Shown here one piece after another: positions 1 to 9,898 of a stretch of 32,000 bases of DNA. Source of the stretch: Pseudoalteromonas translucida KMM 520. GTDB lineage: Bacteria > Pseudomonadota > Gammaproteobacteria > Enterobacterales > Alteromonadaceae. The stretch lies in the NCBI RefSeq assembly GCF_001465295.1, contig NZ_CP011034.1:3180001-3212000 (forward strand). Reading direction: 5' to 3'. The position numbers were made by a program, and so were the translations under genes. The notes under the pieces were generated by a model. The model did no database searches. It was given only the letters and a program-made list of their open reading frames with translations, and had not been told where the DNA came from. The first letter of the stretch is position 1. Each line of letters begins with the position of its first letter.

Positions 1-1
1 A

Positions 2-517
2 AGTGTTGATGCCACTATTGGCGAGCAAAAAATGATTCGCCAAGCGATTGAACAAAATGCCCCAAATCAAATATGGTTTGGCATGATCGGCGGTATTATT
101 GGCATAGTAATAATGAATGCTTTAGTCGCACTTTATTATATGTTGATTGCTAAACTCGATCCTAACTCACAGCATAGTTACGGTGCTTGGTATGGCTTTT
201 CATTGTGGACTATGATGCCTGCGGTTATTTCAAGCCTTGGCACTATCGCCTTAGTATTAATGGCCAATACAGATCAAATTTCGCAACAAGCGGTGTTTAG
301 TTACGCTTCTATCAATCAGCTCATTGTTGGGCTTGATGCCACACATACTTTTTATACCTTACTAGAATCAATTAATCTGTTCACTATTTGGAGCATTGCG
401 CTGGGCATGGTTGGGCTAAAATGCTGGACTAATTTCTCAACTAATAAAGCACTGCTGTTTGCAGCCTTACCAAGTATTATTATTTTTGGTGTTTGGGCGA
501 TTATTGCCGCACTTTAA
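2..517 (+). CDS. YIP1-like multi-pass membrane protein, probably 5'-truncated by the window edge
   Basis: The ORF track gives 32..517, but the frame stays open back to nt 2 (SVDATIGEQK precedes the M). About five hydrophobic helices are visible, e.g. IWFGMIGGIIGIVIMNALVALYYML, FSLWTMMPAVISSLGTIALVLM, IIIFGVWAIIAAL. The family call is by resemblance only. Confidence 0.6.
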   Translation, partial: SVDATIGEQKMIRQAIEQNAPNQIWFGMIGGIIGIVIMNALVALYYMLIAKLDPNSQHSYGAWYGFSLWTMMPAVISSLGTIALVLMANTDQISQQAVFSYASINQLIVGLDATHTFYTLLESINLFTIWSIALGMVGLKCWTNFSTNKALLFAALPSIIIFGVWAIIAAL

Positions 518-571
518 TTATTATACAGAGGTAAGTTAGCCTCTACACATTTTCACTCACGGACCGATAAA

Positions 572-1735
572 ATGAAAAAAGCTATTATCATCACACTCGC
601 TATTGCCGCTTTTATAGCGTTAATTGTATCAAAACAAATTTCTGGTGATAAAAAACAGCCCGAGGTAAATATCGCCCATGTTGAACTCGGCAATATTGCC
701 GACTCAATTATGGCGTCTGGTAATTTAGTTTTTAATACACAAGTGCAATTACGCTCTGAAGTGACCGGCCGAGTAGATAAAGTATTTGTCGAAGAAGGCC
801 AAAGTGTAAAACAAGGCGATATTTTAATGCGCCTTGATACCACTGCATTTGAATCTGAAGTAACCCGTAATAAAGCACTACTACGTGCCACTGAAATAGA
901 AATTAAGCACAGCCAAATTCGCTTAGTTAACTTTGAACGCCAACTAAAAAGACAAAAAGAGCTTTACGATGTCGGTTTGGGCAATGAAGAAGCCTATGAA
1001 AACCTAGCAAGTGCCCGCGATTTAGCCAAAATAGATATTGAATCTCGTAAAGAGTCGTTTAACCAAGCCCATGCGTCGTTGCAAATTGCTCAAGATCGGC
1101 TAAATAAAAGTGTTTTTAAAGCGCCTATGAGTGGCCTATTAGCTTCGGTTAATATTAAAGAAGGCGAAACGGTTATTGCCGGAACGACCAATATAATAGG
1201 CTCTGATTTAATGCTAGTTGCCGACCCTAGCGCTATTTTAGCTGAGTTGCGAGTTGATGAAACCGACATAGCCAGTATTAAGCTCCATCAAAAAGCGAAT
1301 ATTTATGCCGCCGCTTATCCTAATAATCCTTTTACTGGCACAGTAATAAACATAGGTACCTCGGCTAAAAACCAGCCTGGCTCACAAGGGTTATCATTTA
1401 AAGTAAAAGTATTACTCGATGCTACCGATCGTCAACTATATGCCGGAATGAGCTGTAGAGCAGAAATTGCCACCAGCATTGCCGAAAATGGTTTAAAGTT
1501 ACCAATAGAAGCAATTCAAAAACAAGACGACAACACCTTTGTTTGGCGTCTAAATAACGACAACAGCGTTAGTAAAGTAACCGTAACTGTTGGTATATCG
1601 TCAGATATTGAGCAAGCAATTACCGAGGGGCTCAATGAAGGTGACAAAATAGTTATTGGCCCAGCTCGCCCTATTAGTACTTTAAAAGAAGGCGACACAG
1701 TAAAAGTAAAAGCCGCCGCGAAGGAAAACAACTAA
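572..1735 (+). CDS. Periplasmic adaptor (membrane-fusion protein, HlyD/MacA type) of an ABC efflux system
   Basis: 387 aa with an N-terminal anchor helix (AIIITLAIAAFIALIV), a long coiled-coil segment (residues ~95-180) and beta-barrel-like segments typical of MFPs. Its stop overlaps the ATG of the next gene (TAATG), suggesting an operon. Confidence 0.88.
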   Translation: MKKAIIITLAIAAFIALIVSKQISGDKKQPEVNIAHVELGNIADSIMASGNLVFNTQVQLRSEVTGRVDKVFVEEGQSVKQGDILMRLDTTAFESEVTRNKALLRATEIEIKHSQIRLVNFERQLKRQKELYDVGLGNEEAYENLASARDLAKIDIESRKESFNQAHASLQIAQDRLNKSVFKAPMSGLLASVNIKEGETVIAGTTNIIGSDLMLVADPSAILAELRVDETDIASIKLHQKANIYAAAYPNNPFTGTVINIGTSAKNQPGSQGLSFKVKVLLDATDRQLYAGMSCRAEIATSIAENGLKLPIEAIQKQDDNTFVWRLNNDNSVSKVTVTVGISSDIEQAITEGLNEGDKIVIGPARPISTLKEGDTVKVKAAAKENN

Positions 1736-2442
1736 TGACTGGGGTGATCAAGCTTGAGCATATTAATAAACAATACAAAATGGGCGCTGAGATATTTAAA
1801 GCACTTGATGATGTAAACATTAGCATTATGCCCAATGAATATGTAGCTATCATTGGCCCTTCGGGATCGGGCAAGTCTACCCTAATGAACTTGTTAGGCT
1901 GCTTAGATACCCCCACCAGCGGCGAGTATTATTTAAAAGATAAGTTAGTAAAAAGTATGACCGAAACCGAGCTTGCGCATCAACGTAACGAAAGCGTCGG
2001 ATTTATATTTCAAAGCTTTAACTTATTACCACGCGCATCGGCGCTAGAAAATGTAATGCAGCCCTTAGTTTACCGCTTTACTCCCAGCAAACAACGTAAA
2101 CAGCAAGCACTTGAAGCACTAAAGCGCGTGGGCTTAGCCGACAAAGTAAATCACTTATCAAGCCAGCTGTCGGGTGGGCAACGTCAACGAGTTGCTATTG
2201 CTCGTGCTTTAGTCACTAAACCGCATATATTATTAGGTGATGAGCCAACCGGTAACTTAGACAGTAAAACCACCCGCGAAATTATGGCCTTATTTGATGA
2301 GCTGCATAACGAAGGACATACCATTATTTTGGTTACGCATGAGCAAGAAATTGCCGACCACTGCCAGCGGGTAATTCGCTTAGTTGATGGTAAAGTAGTG
2401 AGTGACGTGACTAAAAACCAAGGAGCAAGGCAGCATGTTTAA
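1735..2442 (+). CDS. ABC transporter ATP-binding protein (MacB/LolD-type)
   Basis: Walker A GPSGSGKST, signature LSGGQRQR, Walker B ILLGDEPTGNLD, H-loop LVTHE. It overlaps the adaptor by 1 nt and the permease by 8 nt. Confidence 0.95.
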   Translation: MTGVIKLEHINKQYKMGAEIFKALDDVNISIMPNEYVAIIGPSGSGKSTLMNLLGCLDTPTSGEYYLKDKLVKSMTETELAHQRNESVGFIFQSFNLLPRASALENVMQPLVYRFTPSKQRKQQALEALKRVGLADKVNHLSSQLSGGQRQRVAIARALVTKPHILLGDEPTGNLDSKTTREIMALFDELHNEGHTIILVTHEQEIADHCQRVIRLVDGKVVSDVTKNQGARQHV

Positions 2443-3673
2443 ACTTGCACTGGCCACTATGGAAGGCACTAAAGCCGCATTTTCGGCAATTAAAGCAAAT
2501 GCAATGCGCTCTGCCCTCACCTGTTTAGGTATTATTATTGGTGTGGCCGCAGTAGTAACTGTGGTTGCTGTAATGCAAGGATTTACCAAGCAAATAAACG
2601 ATCAGTTCGCTGATATGTCGCCCGACGTAACTACTATTAAGGCGTATACCAGTATTGAGCTAGAAATGGTTGGTAAAAATGCCAAACTTAGCTACGACGA
2701 TTTTTTAACCTTAAAAGCACGGGTAAAAGAAGCAGAAACACTCACCGCACTCATGTTTACTTGGCGTTTTTCGGGCGGGGCTGAATATGGTAATAAAAGT
2801 CATTCATCGCGGGTTATGGGTACTGAGCAAGACTATCAAAAAGCATACCGCACCTACCCCGATCTAGGACGTTTTATTCGCGCTGAAGACGACGAAAAAC
2901 GCCGCCGCGTAGCTTTTATTGGACCGTCAATTATCGAAAAATTAAACTTACCTAGCAATCCGGTAGGCGAATACATAAAGCTAGGGGGTGAATGGTTTAG
3001 AATTATTGGTGTAGCCGAAAAACAAGGTAGCTTTTTGGGCTTTGATCAAGACGATTATATTAATATTCCTATTAGCACTATGAGTGCGTTAGAGGGAGGT
3101 AATACGCAAAGTAATGTACAAATTATGTTTAGGCTTGAAGACAACGCTAACGAAGAGCAGGTACTAGCAAAAATCACTCGTATACTGCGCCAGCTACATA
3201 AACTTAAAGACGGCGACGACAATGACTTTGAATTTGAAACCGCCGAAAAAGCCCGCGCCCAAGTAGATAAATTTACCGGTAGTGCTACTGCCATAACCGC
3301 AGGTATTGTTGGTATTAGTTTATTAGTTGGTGGCATAGGTGTAATGAATATTATGTTAGTGTCGGTAACTGAGCGCACCCGCGTGATTGGCACCCTTAAA
3401 GCACTAGGCGCTACACCCGGCTTTATAATGTTGCAATTTTTAGTTGAGGCTGTGGTGTTATCGCTATTTGGCGGGTTAATTGGGCTTGCCATTGGTTATG
3501 GCGCAGCGGGGCTTATTTCGTTTATGGTTCCTAGCATGCCCGATGCGTATATTCCGGCATGGGCGGTAATGTTGTCGTTTGGTTTTACTTCATTAATTGG
3601 CATAGTGTTTGGTTTAGCCCCAGCCATTAAAGCCGCCAGGCTCAACCCTATAGATGCACTGCGTTACGAGTAA
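2435..3673 (+). CDS. ABC transporter permease, MacB-periplasmic-domain plus FtsX-like C-terminal module
   Basis: 412 aa with an N-terminal TM (LTCLGIIIGVAAVVTVVAV), a ~230-aa periplasmic domain and a C-terminal three-helix FtsX module (RTRVIGTLKALGATPGFIMLQFLVEAVVLSLFGG...). Operon context with the ATPase. Confidence 0.92.
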   Translation: MFKLALATMEGTKAAFSAIKANAMRSALTCLGIIIGVAAVVTVVAVMQGFTKQINDQFADMSPDVTTIKAYTSIELEMVGKNAKLSYDDFLTLKARVKEAETLTALMFTWRFSGGAEYGNKSHSSRVMGTEQDYQKAYRTYPDLGRFIRAEDDEKRRRVAFIGPSIIEKLNLPSNPVGEYIKLGGEWFRIIGVAEKQGSFLGFDQDDYINIPISTMSALEGGNTQSNVQIMFRLEDNANEEQVLAKITRILRQLHKLKDGDDNDFEFETAEKARAQVDKFTGSATAITAGIVGISLLVGGIGVMNIMLVSVTERTRVIGTLKALGATPGFIMLQFLVEAVVLSLFGGLIGLAIGYGAAGLISFMVPSMPDAYIPAWAVMLSFGFTSLIGIVFGLAPAIKAARLNPIDALRYE

Positions 3674-3683
3674 CAACAGCATT

Positions 3684-3717
3684 GTAGCTAGGCTTACAAG
3701 GATGTAAGCCTAGCTAC
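3684..3717 (+). terminator. Perfect 15-bp stem / 4-nt loop hairpin after the ABC operon (no U-tract)
   Basis: GTAGCTAGGCTTACA-agga-TGTAAGCCTAGCTAC starts 11 nt after the permease stop. It is followed by ataattagc, so it is not a canonical intrinsic terminator. Confidence 0.4.
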
Positions 3718-3875
3718 ATAATTAGCGCAGTGATTAAAACTCCCTTTAAACTTCAAGCACAAAGTATTACCCTACTTAAACACCACTTAAAAATGAACTT
3801 TTAACGCTTAAACCACCCAAAGTACACACTATAGCTATTGATATTACTCACTGCTAATTTTAAATAAGGTATTAA

Positions 3876-4730
3876 ATGCACAAAAAGCTAATACGTTGCA
3901 TTGTTGCTGCATGCTCTTTTTTAACTCTAAACTCTAGCTTGGCGCTAGCACAACTAAACCCATCAGATGAAGCGCAAGGTATAACCGAAACCGCATATAC
4001 TCCCCTGCGTTGTAATCAGCAGCTACAGGCAAGTAGGCAAAAAACATACAGCCGTAAGTTTATTGTTCCTCAACAAGCTAGGTTACTCTCATGGAATATT
4101 TATAAGGCACAAAATCAAGGCCTGTATAAAGACTTAACTCACCTTAATCAAAGTGCTGACATTGTTTTATTACAAGAGGCCATTGTAGATACCCGCCTTA
4201 CTAGCCTTAAACCTTTTTGGCGTTTTTCGCCCGGTTATAAAAGTGGCAATATACAATCTGGTGTAATGACGCTTAGCCGCTGGCCTGCAACTGTACATTG
4301 TACCTTTATTCATAAAGAGCCATGGTTACGAAGCCCAAAAGCAACTAACATTGTTGAATATGCAATGGCTAACCAACAGCGCTTATTGAGCGTTAATTTG
4401 CACGGCATTAACTTTACGTTTGGTACTAAAGCCTACGCGCAACAGTTACAAGCCAGTATAAAAATAATGCAACAACACAAAGGGCCAATTCTTTTTGCGG
4501 GCGATTTAAACGCATGGAACGATGCACGCCAAAAGCTAGTTAATGACGCGCTTACTAAACTGGGCCTTAAAGAAGCTATATACGTAGATGACAAGCGTAC
4601 AAAAGCATTTGGCTTAGCACTGGATCAGGTGTGGGCTCGCGGTGTTGTTATTTCTGATACTTTAGTAAGCGAATATAACAGTTCTGATCACAACCCTATT
4701 TTAGCCACTTTAAAAATTGATGATGTATAA
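3876..4730 (+). CDS. Exported endonuclease/exonuclease/phosphatase (EEP) family protein
   Basis: Signal peptide (IVAACSFLTLNSSLALAQ), LLQEA near the N-terminus, GDLNAW and a C-terminal SDHNPI motif, all characteristic of the EEP fold. SD TAAGGT lies upstream of the ATG. Confidence 0.85.
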   Translation: MHKKLIRCIVAACSFLTLNSSLALAQLNPSDEAQGITETAYTPLRCNQQLQASRQKTYSRKFIVPQQARLLSWNIYKAQNQGLYKDLTHLNQSADIVLLQEAIVDTRLTSLKPFWRFSPGYKSGNIQSGVMTLSRWPATVHCTFIHKEPWLRSPKATNIVEYAMANQQRLLSVNLHGINFTFGTKAYAQQLQASIKIMQQHKGPILFAGDLNAWNDARQKLVNDALTKLGLKEAIYVDDKRTKAFGLALDQVWARGVVISDTLVSEYNSSDHNPILATLKIDDV

Positions 4731-4731
4731 C

Positions 4732-5139
4732 ATGAAAAAACCTAGTATTTATTCTGCTTGGCTACTGGCCATATTATTCACTTTTTTTAGCCAAATAAGC
4801 CAAGCTGCACACTCCAACCAATTACCTAATCAAGAACCCAATCGAGAACCCGATCAAGAAGTGCAGCATTTAATTACCTTTATTAGCAACAGCAACGCCA
4901 CTTTTATCCGCAATGGCGATGAGCATACTAGCAAAGAAGCCGCTGAGCATTTAGCCATGAAATACCGTAAAGCTAAACGTTATGCAAAAACAGCCGACGA
5001 CTTCATTAATAATCTAGCCAGTAAAAGTTCATGGAGTGGTAAAGCCTACACGGTAATTTTAAGCAATGGTGCTAAGTTAACCGCAAATAGCTGGCTAACC
5101 AATGAACTAATACGATTTAGAAACACAAAAAAGCCGTAG
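4732..5139 (+). CDS. DUF5329 / YfeK-like exported protein
   Basis: FIRNGDEHTSKEAAEHL...TADDFINNLASKSSWSGKAYTV matches my recollection of E. coli YfeK (FVRNGDEHT...FIDKVASSSSITGKPY). I moved the start to the ATG at 4732, which gives a clean signal peptide MKKPSIYSAWLLAILFTFFSQISQA. The track start 4717 overlaps the EEP gene. Confidence 0.8.
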   Translation: MKKPSIYSAWLLAILFTFFSQISQAAHSNQLPNQEPNREPDQEVQHLITFISNSNATFIRNGDEHTSKEAAEHLAMKYRKAKRYAKTADDFINNLASKSSWSGKAYTVILSNGAKLTANSWLTNELIRFRNTKKP

Positions 5140-5150
5140 TAAATACGGCT
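5127..5150 (-). terminator. Rho-independent terminator of the minus-strand RND operon, overlapping the last codons of the plus-strand DUF5329 gene
   Basis: On the minus strand it reads AGCCGTA-tttac-TACGGCT followed by TTTTTT. It lies 33 nt downstream of the adaptor stop (5183). Confidence 0.55.
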
Positions 5151-5182
5151 CTCTAAAGCTATCAATAATAACAAGCTAAACA

Positions 5183-6268
5183 CTACTTAGCTGTATGCTC
5201 TAAGTTAGGTAAGTAATCTACCGCTAAAATATCGCCGGGGGTAAGCCCAGTAACTATATGCTGCTTTGCGCCAATTATTTCACCTAAGCGTACAAACCGG
5301 CGTTCTATTTGCTCATTGTCACTATTAATCACATACAGCATAGTTAATTGGCCAAACTCATGTATCCAGTTACTATCTACCAATATTCCTTGTTCATCGG
5401 GTAATACTAACTCTAATTGCGCATACAAGCCGGGCATTACCCCTACAGTAGAGTCAAAATCTAAGCGAATTAATAAACTACGTGAGGCGCTATCGGCAAC
5501 CGGAACTATTTCGGCCACTGTGGCTGGCAAGGTTAAATTAAGTGCAGGCAGCTTTATGGTTAAACTTTGCCCTAACTGCAATTTAACCGCTTGCGTTTCT
5601 CGCACATTAAACTCAACTTGTAGCTGCTGCGGGTTATATAATCCTAATAAAGCCTGCCCCGGCGTAGCTGTATCACCCGGTTCTACTAACCGCTCTACTA
5701 CAACCCCCGAAATAGGCGCAGTAATACGGGTGTAACTCAGCGCAACTTTAGCTTGTGTTTGCTGCTGCTTAGCGGCAATTAAATTAGCCGATAAACTATC
5801 AAAATTTGCCTTCGCATTATCTAACTCGCTTAACGACACTAAGCCTTGCGCATACACACTTTCAATTCGCTTAAGTTGCTTTGTCGCTTGTGTTAATGCG
5901 GCTTGAATAGCATTAATTTGCGCCTCACTTTGTGCTAATTGCGCTTTAAAGTCATCTTGTTGTAAGGTAATGAGTAAATCACCTTGGGTTACTTTATCGC
6001 CTGCGCGTACACTTAAACGCTCAACTTGTGCCATAACTCGCGATGAAATTTGGGTATTTTGTTTCGCAATAATACTGCCTGGCACCCATTCGCTACGGGA
6101 TATTTTTTGCAGCAAAACAGTTTCCCGCTTACCGTGGTAATTGTTAGCATTGGCCATTTTTAAACCAGCGACTTGCTTGTTTGTAAAACTGCCCGCCATA
6201 TACAATACGGCGCCTATTACCACTAATAAAGCGAGTAACGAGCCAACTAGTTTTGATTTACCTTGCAT
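5183..6268 (-). CDS. RND efflux periplasmic adaptor subunit (membrane-fusion protein)
   Basis: Anchor helix LVGSLLALLVVIGAVLYMAG, a coiled-coil hairpin (AQLAQSEAQINAIQAALTQATKQLKRIE...) and a barrel-sandwich layout. Start chosen at ATG 6268, preceded by GGGAGAAACGC (strong SD). The track's 6301 is a TTG. Confidence 0.9.
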   Translation of the reverse strand: MQGKSKLVGSLLALLVVIGAVLYMAGSFTNKQVAGLKMANANNYHGKRETVLLQKISRSEWVPGSIIAKQNTQISSRVMAQVERLSVRAGDKVTQGDLLITLQQDDFKAQLAQSEAQINAIQAALTQATKQLKRIESVYAQGLVSLSELDNAKANFDSLSANLIAAKQQQTQAKVALSYTRITAPISGVVVERLVEPGDTATPGQALLGLYNPQQLQVEFNVRETQAVKLQLGQSLTIKLPALNLTLPATVAEIVPVADSASRSLLIRLDFDSTVGVMPGLYAQLELVLPDEQGILVDSNWIHEFGQLTMLYVINSDNEQIERRFVRLGEIIGAKQHIVTGLTPGDILAVDYLPNLEHTAK

Positions 6269-9200
6269 GCGTTTCTCCCGCGGTGGTTTCTGTGTTTGCA
6301 AATACTAAGTAATAAACAAGCGGCACTACAAATAACGAAAACAACGTTGATGCCACAATGCCAAAAATAATCGCAATTGCTAAGCCACTAAAGACCGGAT
6401 CTAGTGTTATCACTAAGTTACCTAATAATGTGGTGCCTGCGGTTAGTAATACGGGGCGCATGCGCACTGTTCCTGCTGCAATTAACGCTGCTTTTATTGC
6501 CATGCCTTGGGCGCGTGCTTGGTTAATAAACTCAACTAAAATAAGTGAATTACGTACCACAATCCCCGCCAAGGCAATCATGCCTATCATCGCGGTGGCG
6601 GTAAATAGAACCGGCTCGGGAGCCGATGCAATACTGCGTTCACCAAACTGATTAAGTAGCCAAAAACCAGGCATAATACCAATAACAGTGAGTGGTATTG
6701 CCGACATAATAATAAGCGACAAGCTTATTGAGCGTGTTTGTAGGCGTAAAATAATAAAAATGGCGCTAAGTGCAAATGCAAAGGCAATCCCCATATCTCT
6801 AAATACATCTATGGTAATACGCCACTCACCTTCACCGCTAAATGTTACTTGCGTGCCTGGCGGTAATTGCCAAGGTGCGGTGCCACCATTATTAAAAAAG
6901 TGCCGTGCTAACCAAGGCGTTTTTACAAAGTTGTCTGTTGATGTATTTAAATCAGCAGTTACATCGGCAATTATTGCTGCGGGAGTTCTACCGTTTAGCT
7001 CTGCCATAACATAAATAACTTCGCGCTGATCTTTGCGCATAATAGTGTGCGCTACATTTAATTGAGTAAATTCACCAAGCTCAGAAAGCGCAACTAAAGG
7101 GCGCGGCGCACTGCTTAAGCCAAATTTACTCGCATTTTTAGCTATGTCTCTGTCGCCCCTTAGTTGTAATGCCAGCAACTGCGCAAATTGATTGCGTTCG
7201 CTATAAGATAACTGCAGTTTTATTGGCACAGGCTGAGTGTCATTGCTGACATAAAGCTGCCCAACCGTTTTCCCTTGTGACGCTATGCTAAGTGTTTGCG
7301 TGATATTTTCGGTAGATATAGCACTATGCGCCGCTTTCGTTTTATCAGTAATAAAACGCTGCAAAGGGGCTGCTGTAACCATTGAAGTATCAACCTCTAC
7401 CACATGAGGCTCTTGTTTTAAGCGCGTTACAACTTGCTCTGCGGCTAAATAATGCGTTTGCCTATCAACAAATGTATCTCGATAAACTTCTGCCACCAAG
7501 GTACTTAACACCGGCGGCCCTGGCGGCACTTCAACTACTTTAATCACTATGCCATTATTTACTAATGGTGCTAACTGTTGACGCAAACGCATTACCACCG
7601 CATGAGATTGATGCTCTCGTGCTGTTTTATCTAGTAGTAGCACTCTTAGTTCAGCTAAGTTTGGTGCTTCACGTCGGTAATAACCACGTACCATACCATT
7701 AAAGTCCATACTTGAAGGCTGGCCTACATAAGCGGCTATTTCACTTACCTCGGTTAATTGCCATGTGAGCGTTTGCACTTGTCGGGTAAAAGCAGCTGTT
7801 TGCTCTAAATTAGTGCCCTCTGGCATATCAATTAGTACTTGTAGTTCATTTTTATTATCAAACGGTAATAACTTCAGCGGTACTAATCGCATCACAGGTA
7901 ACATGGCGCTAATAATAAATAACGCAAGCGTGATCCACAGTACCCATTTAGCACGTGGTTTTGAGGCCAGTAACGGTGTTAGTAAACGCTCGTAAAGGCT
8001 CGTTTTGTTATTTGCTTGATTGGGCTCTGCACTATTAGGTTTTAGTAATTTCATGGCAAGCCACGGGGTTACAAAAAACGCCACCAATGTTGATACCATC
8101 ACACTCACAGGTACGTTAAATGCCATGGGCGCCATGTAAGGCCCCATCATTCCAGTAATAAAAGCCAGTGGAATAAATGCCACCATAATAGTCAGGGTCG
8201 ACATTAATAGTGCGGTGCGAATTTCACTCATCGCATTCACGATTTGCTGTTTTTTATCACCCTTTTTATTTATAAAACGGCTGATGTTATCTATACCTGT
8301 GATCGGATCGTCAACCAGTAACCCTAAAGATAAAATTAACGCAAATAAGGTTACGCGGTTAATTGTGTAACCAAAGGCAAAATCAAGCGAGAGCGTAATG
8401 CCATAACAAATGGGTACAGCAAGTCCAACTACTATTGCCGGGCGCCAACCTAAAAATACGCCCACAAATATAACCACAGTAAATACTGCAAACACTAAGC
8501 TTGAGGCTAAATTATTTACTTTTTCGTCGGCGGTTTGGCCGTAATCTCGCAGTACTGAGTACGTTATTTCTGCTGGTAGTAACGTGGTTTTTAGCTCTGC
8601 CATCATGGCATGTACATCGCTTGCCACCGCAACAGCGTTGCTGCCTGCTTGCTTGGCAATACTCAGCGTTACCATAGGGTAATGCTGTTGCTCATTTGAC
8701 TGCGCTAGCCATTGATAGTTTTGTGCCTCAGCGGGGCCATCACTAACCTGAGCTACGTCGGTTAAATAAACACTTTTACCATTAACAACATTAACGACTA
8801 GTTGCTCTATCGCTGTTTTAGTTCTTAATACATCACCCGCTTGCAAAATTATTTGCTGCTGGGCATTTACCACGCTACCCACCTCGGTGAGTTGATTAGA
8901 TACACTAAGCGCATAATAAACATCACTTAATGTGGTTTGGTGTGCAGCCAAAGCGGTGGCATTTAAATTAACGGTAATGGCGCGGTTACGCCCAGCAATT
9001 ACTTGTACTTCGCTAGTGTGTTCAATTCGTTGTAAATTATTGGCTATTTCGTTAGCAAAGCGGGTTAATTCATAATCACTATAAAGCTTAGGATCTTTGC
9101 TATATAGCCCAAGCATAACAATAGGCACGTCATTTACTTCTACTGGGCGTATTTGCCAGCTTTTAATAATAGGAGTCATGGTGTGTTGATAGCTATACAG

Positions 9201-9542
9201 CTTGGCGTAGGTATCGAGAATGGCTTGTTCGCGATCGTGCCCTACCTCAAAGCGCAAAGTAACCACAGCACGACTACTTTGCGTAGTTGAATATATATGT
9301 TTTACACCGCTAAGTTGCGCCAGTAACTTTTCTAATGGCTCAGTGACTAACCTTGCAACTTCAGGAGCTTCTACATTAGGGGCCGACACATAAATGTCGA
9401 GCATAGGTACCACTATTTGTGGCTCTTCCTCTCGCGGCGTTTGCTGCAAAGCAAATAACCCACACAGTACCGACAACACAAAAATAATAATTGGTACGCG
9501 GCCACTTAAACTGCTTTTTACAGCGTTATCTATAGCGTTCAT
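6258..9542 (-). CDS. RND efflux transporter permease (AcrB/AcrD/AcrF superfamily), about 1094 aa
   Basis: Two large periplasmic loops and 12 predicted TMs. The TM4 proton-relay motif GLLVDDPITGIDN can be compared with AcrB GLLVDDAIVVVEN. Start chosen at ATG 9542 (MNAIDNAV...), preceded by TAAGGAATAACGCA. It lies 4 nt after the arsR stop and overlaps the adaptor start by 11 nt. Confidence 0.93.
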   Translation of the reverse strand: MNAIDNAVKSSLSGRVPIIIFVLSVLCGLFALQQTPREEEPQIVVPMLDIYVSAPNVEAPEVARLVTEPLEKLLAQLSGVKHIYSTTQSSRAVVTLRFEVGHDREQAILDTYAKLYSYQHTMTPIIKSWQIRPVEVNDVPIVMLGLYSKDPKLYSDYELTRFANEIANNLQRIEHTSEVQVIAGRNRAITVNLNATALAAHQTTLSDVYYALSVSNQLTEVGSVVNAQQQIILQAGDVLRTKTAIEQLVVNVVNGKSVYLTDVAQVSDGPAEAQNYQWLAQSNEQQHYPMVTLSIAKQAGSNAVAVASDVHAMMAELKTTLLPAEITYSVLRDYGQTADEKVNNLASSLVFAVFTVVIFVGVFLGWRPAIVVGLAVPICYGITLSLDFAFGYTINRVTLFALILSLGLLVDDPITGIDNISRFINKKGDKKQQIVNAMSEIRTALLMSTLTIMVAFIPLAFITGMMGPYMAPMAFNVPVSVMVSTLVAFFVTPWLAMKLLKPNSAEPNQANNKTSLYERLLTPLLASKPRAKWVLWITLALFIISAMLPVMRLVPLKLLPFDNKNELQVLIDMPEGTNLEQTAAFTRQVQTLTWQLTEVSEIAAYVGQPSSMDFNGMVRGYYRREAPNLAELRVLLLDKTAREHQSHAVVMRLRQQLAPLVNNGIVIKVVEVPPGPPVLSTLVAEVYRDTFVDRQTHYLAAEQVVTRLKQEPHVVEVDTSMVTAAPLQRFITDKTKAAHSAISTENITQTLSIASQGKTVGQLYVSNDTQPVPIKLQLSYSERNQFAQLLALQLRGDRDIAKNASKFGLSSAPRPLVALSELGEFTQLNVAHTIMRKDQREVIYVMAELNGRTPAAIIADVTADLNTSTDNFVKTPWLARHFFNNGGTAPWQLPPGTQVTFSGEGEWRITIDVFRDMGIAFAFALSAIFIILRLQTRSISLSLIIMSAIPLTVIGIMPGFWLLNQFGERSIASAPEPVLFTATAMIGMIALAGIVVRNSLILVEFINQARAQGMAIKAALIAAGTVRMRPVLLTAGTTLLGNLVITLDPVFSGLAIAIIFGIVASTLFSLFVVPLVYYLVFANTETTAGETHAR

Positions 9543-9546
9543 TGCG

Positions 9547-9849
9547 TTATTCCTTACAAAATAACCCATACAAAGTTGCCAGCAGTGTTACCGCATCTTT
9601 ATCAATAACACGATAATAAATTGTTTGGCTTTCGCGTCGAGTAGCCACTATATTTGCTTTACGCAGTGCTGCTAAATGCTGAGAAAGTGCGGACTGTGCA
9701 AGAGGTACGGCTTCATTTAACTGCGACACGTTCATTTCGGTGTCTTGTAAGGAGCATAAAATCATTAAGCGATTTTTATTGGCTAAAATTTTTAATAATT
9801 TTTCTGCCTTTTCTACATTGGCAGCCATAGCGGTAAAGTCAATATTCAT
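9547..9849 (-). CDS. ArsR/SmtB-family transcriptional repressor, YgaV/BigR-like two-cysteine subtype
   Basis: 100 aa with a winged HTH (NVSQLNEAVPLAQSALSQHLAALRKANIV). Cys in NRLMILCSL and a C-terminal Cys in LYGLFCKE align with E. coli YgaV KRLLILCML and NVYCP as I recall them. It lies divergent from rhodanese genes. Confidence 0.85.
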   Translation of the reverse strand: MNIDFTAMAANVEKAEKLLKILANKNRLMILCSLQDTEMNVSQLNEAVPLAQSALSQHLAALRKANIVATRRESQTIYYRVIDKDAVTLLATLYGLFCKE

Positions 9850-9850
9850 A

Positions 9851-9898
9851 CTGTGCTCTTATACTTAATTTGTTGGTAAGTATAGATTGCTAGCACAG
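9851..9898. promoter_or_regulatory. Nested palindrome abutting the arsR start codon: candidate operator or RBS-sequestering hairpin
   Basis: CTGTGCT-ct-TATACTTA-atttgttgg-TAAGTATA-gattgct-AGCACAG. Inner arms are 9860-9867 / 9877-9884 and outer arms 9851-9857 / 9892-9898. Further repeats (CTAATATA x2 at 9921 and 9936; TATAG-tag-CTATA at 9940-9952) lie toward the divergent gene. Confidence 0.4.

Noticed and set aside
572-5139. The MacA-like adaptor, ABC ATPase and FtsX permease together with the adjacent EEP nuclease and YfeK-like gene, considered as a possible novel defence or secretion system.
   Set aside because: The three transporter genes form a standard, translationally coupled efflux operon that ends in a strong hairpin. 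The EEP and DUF5329 genes lie 200 bp away with their own signals. Nothing in the sequence links them functionally.
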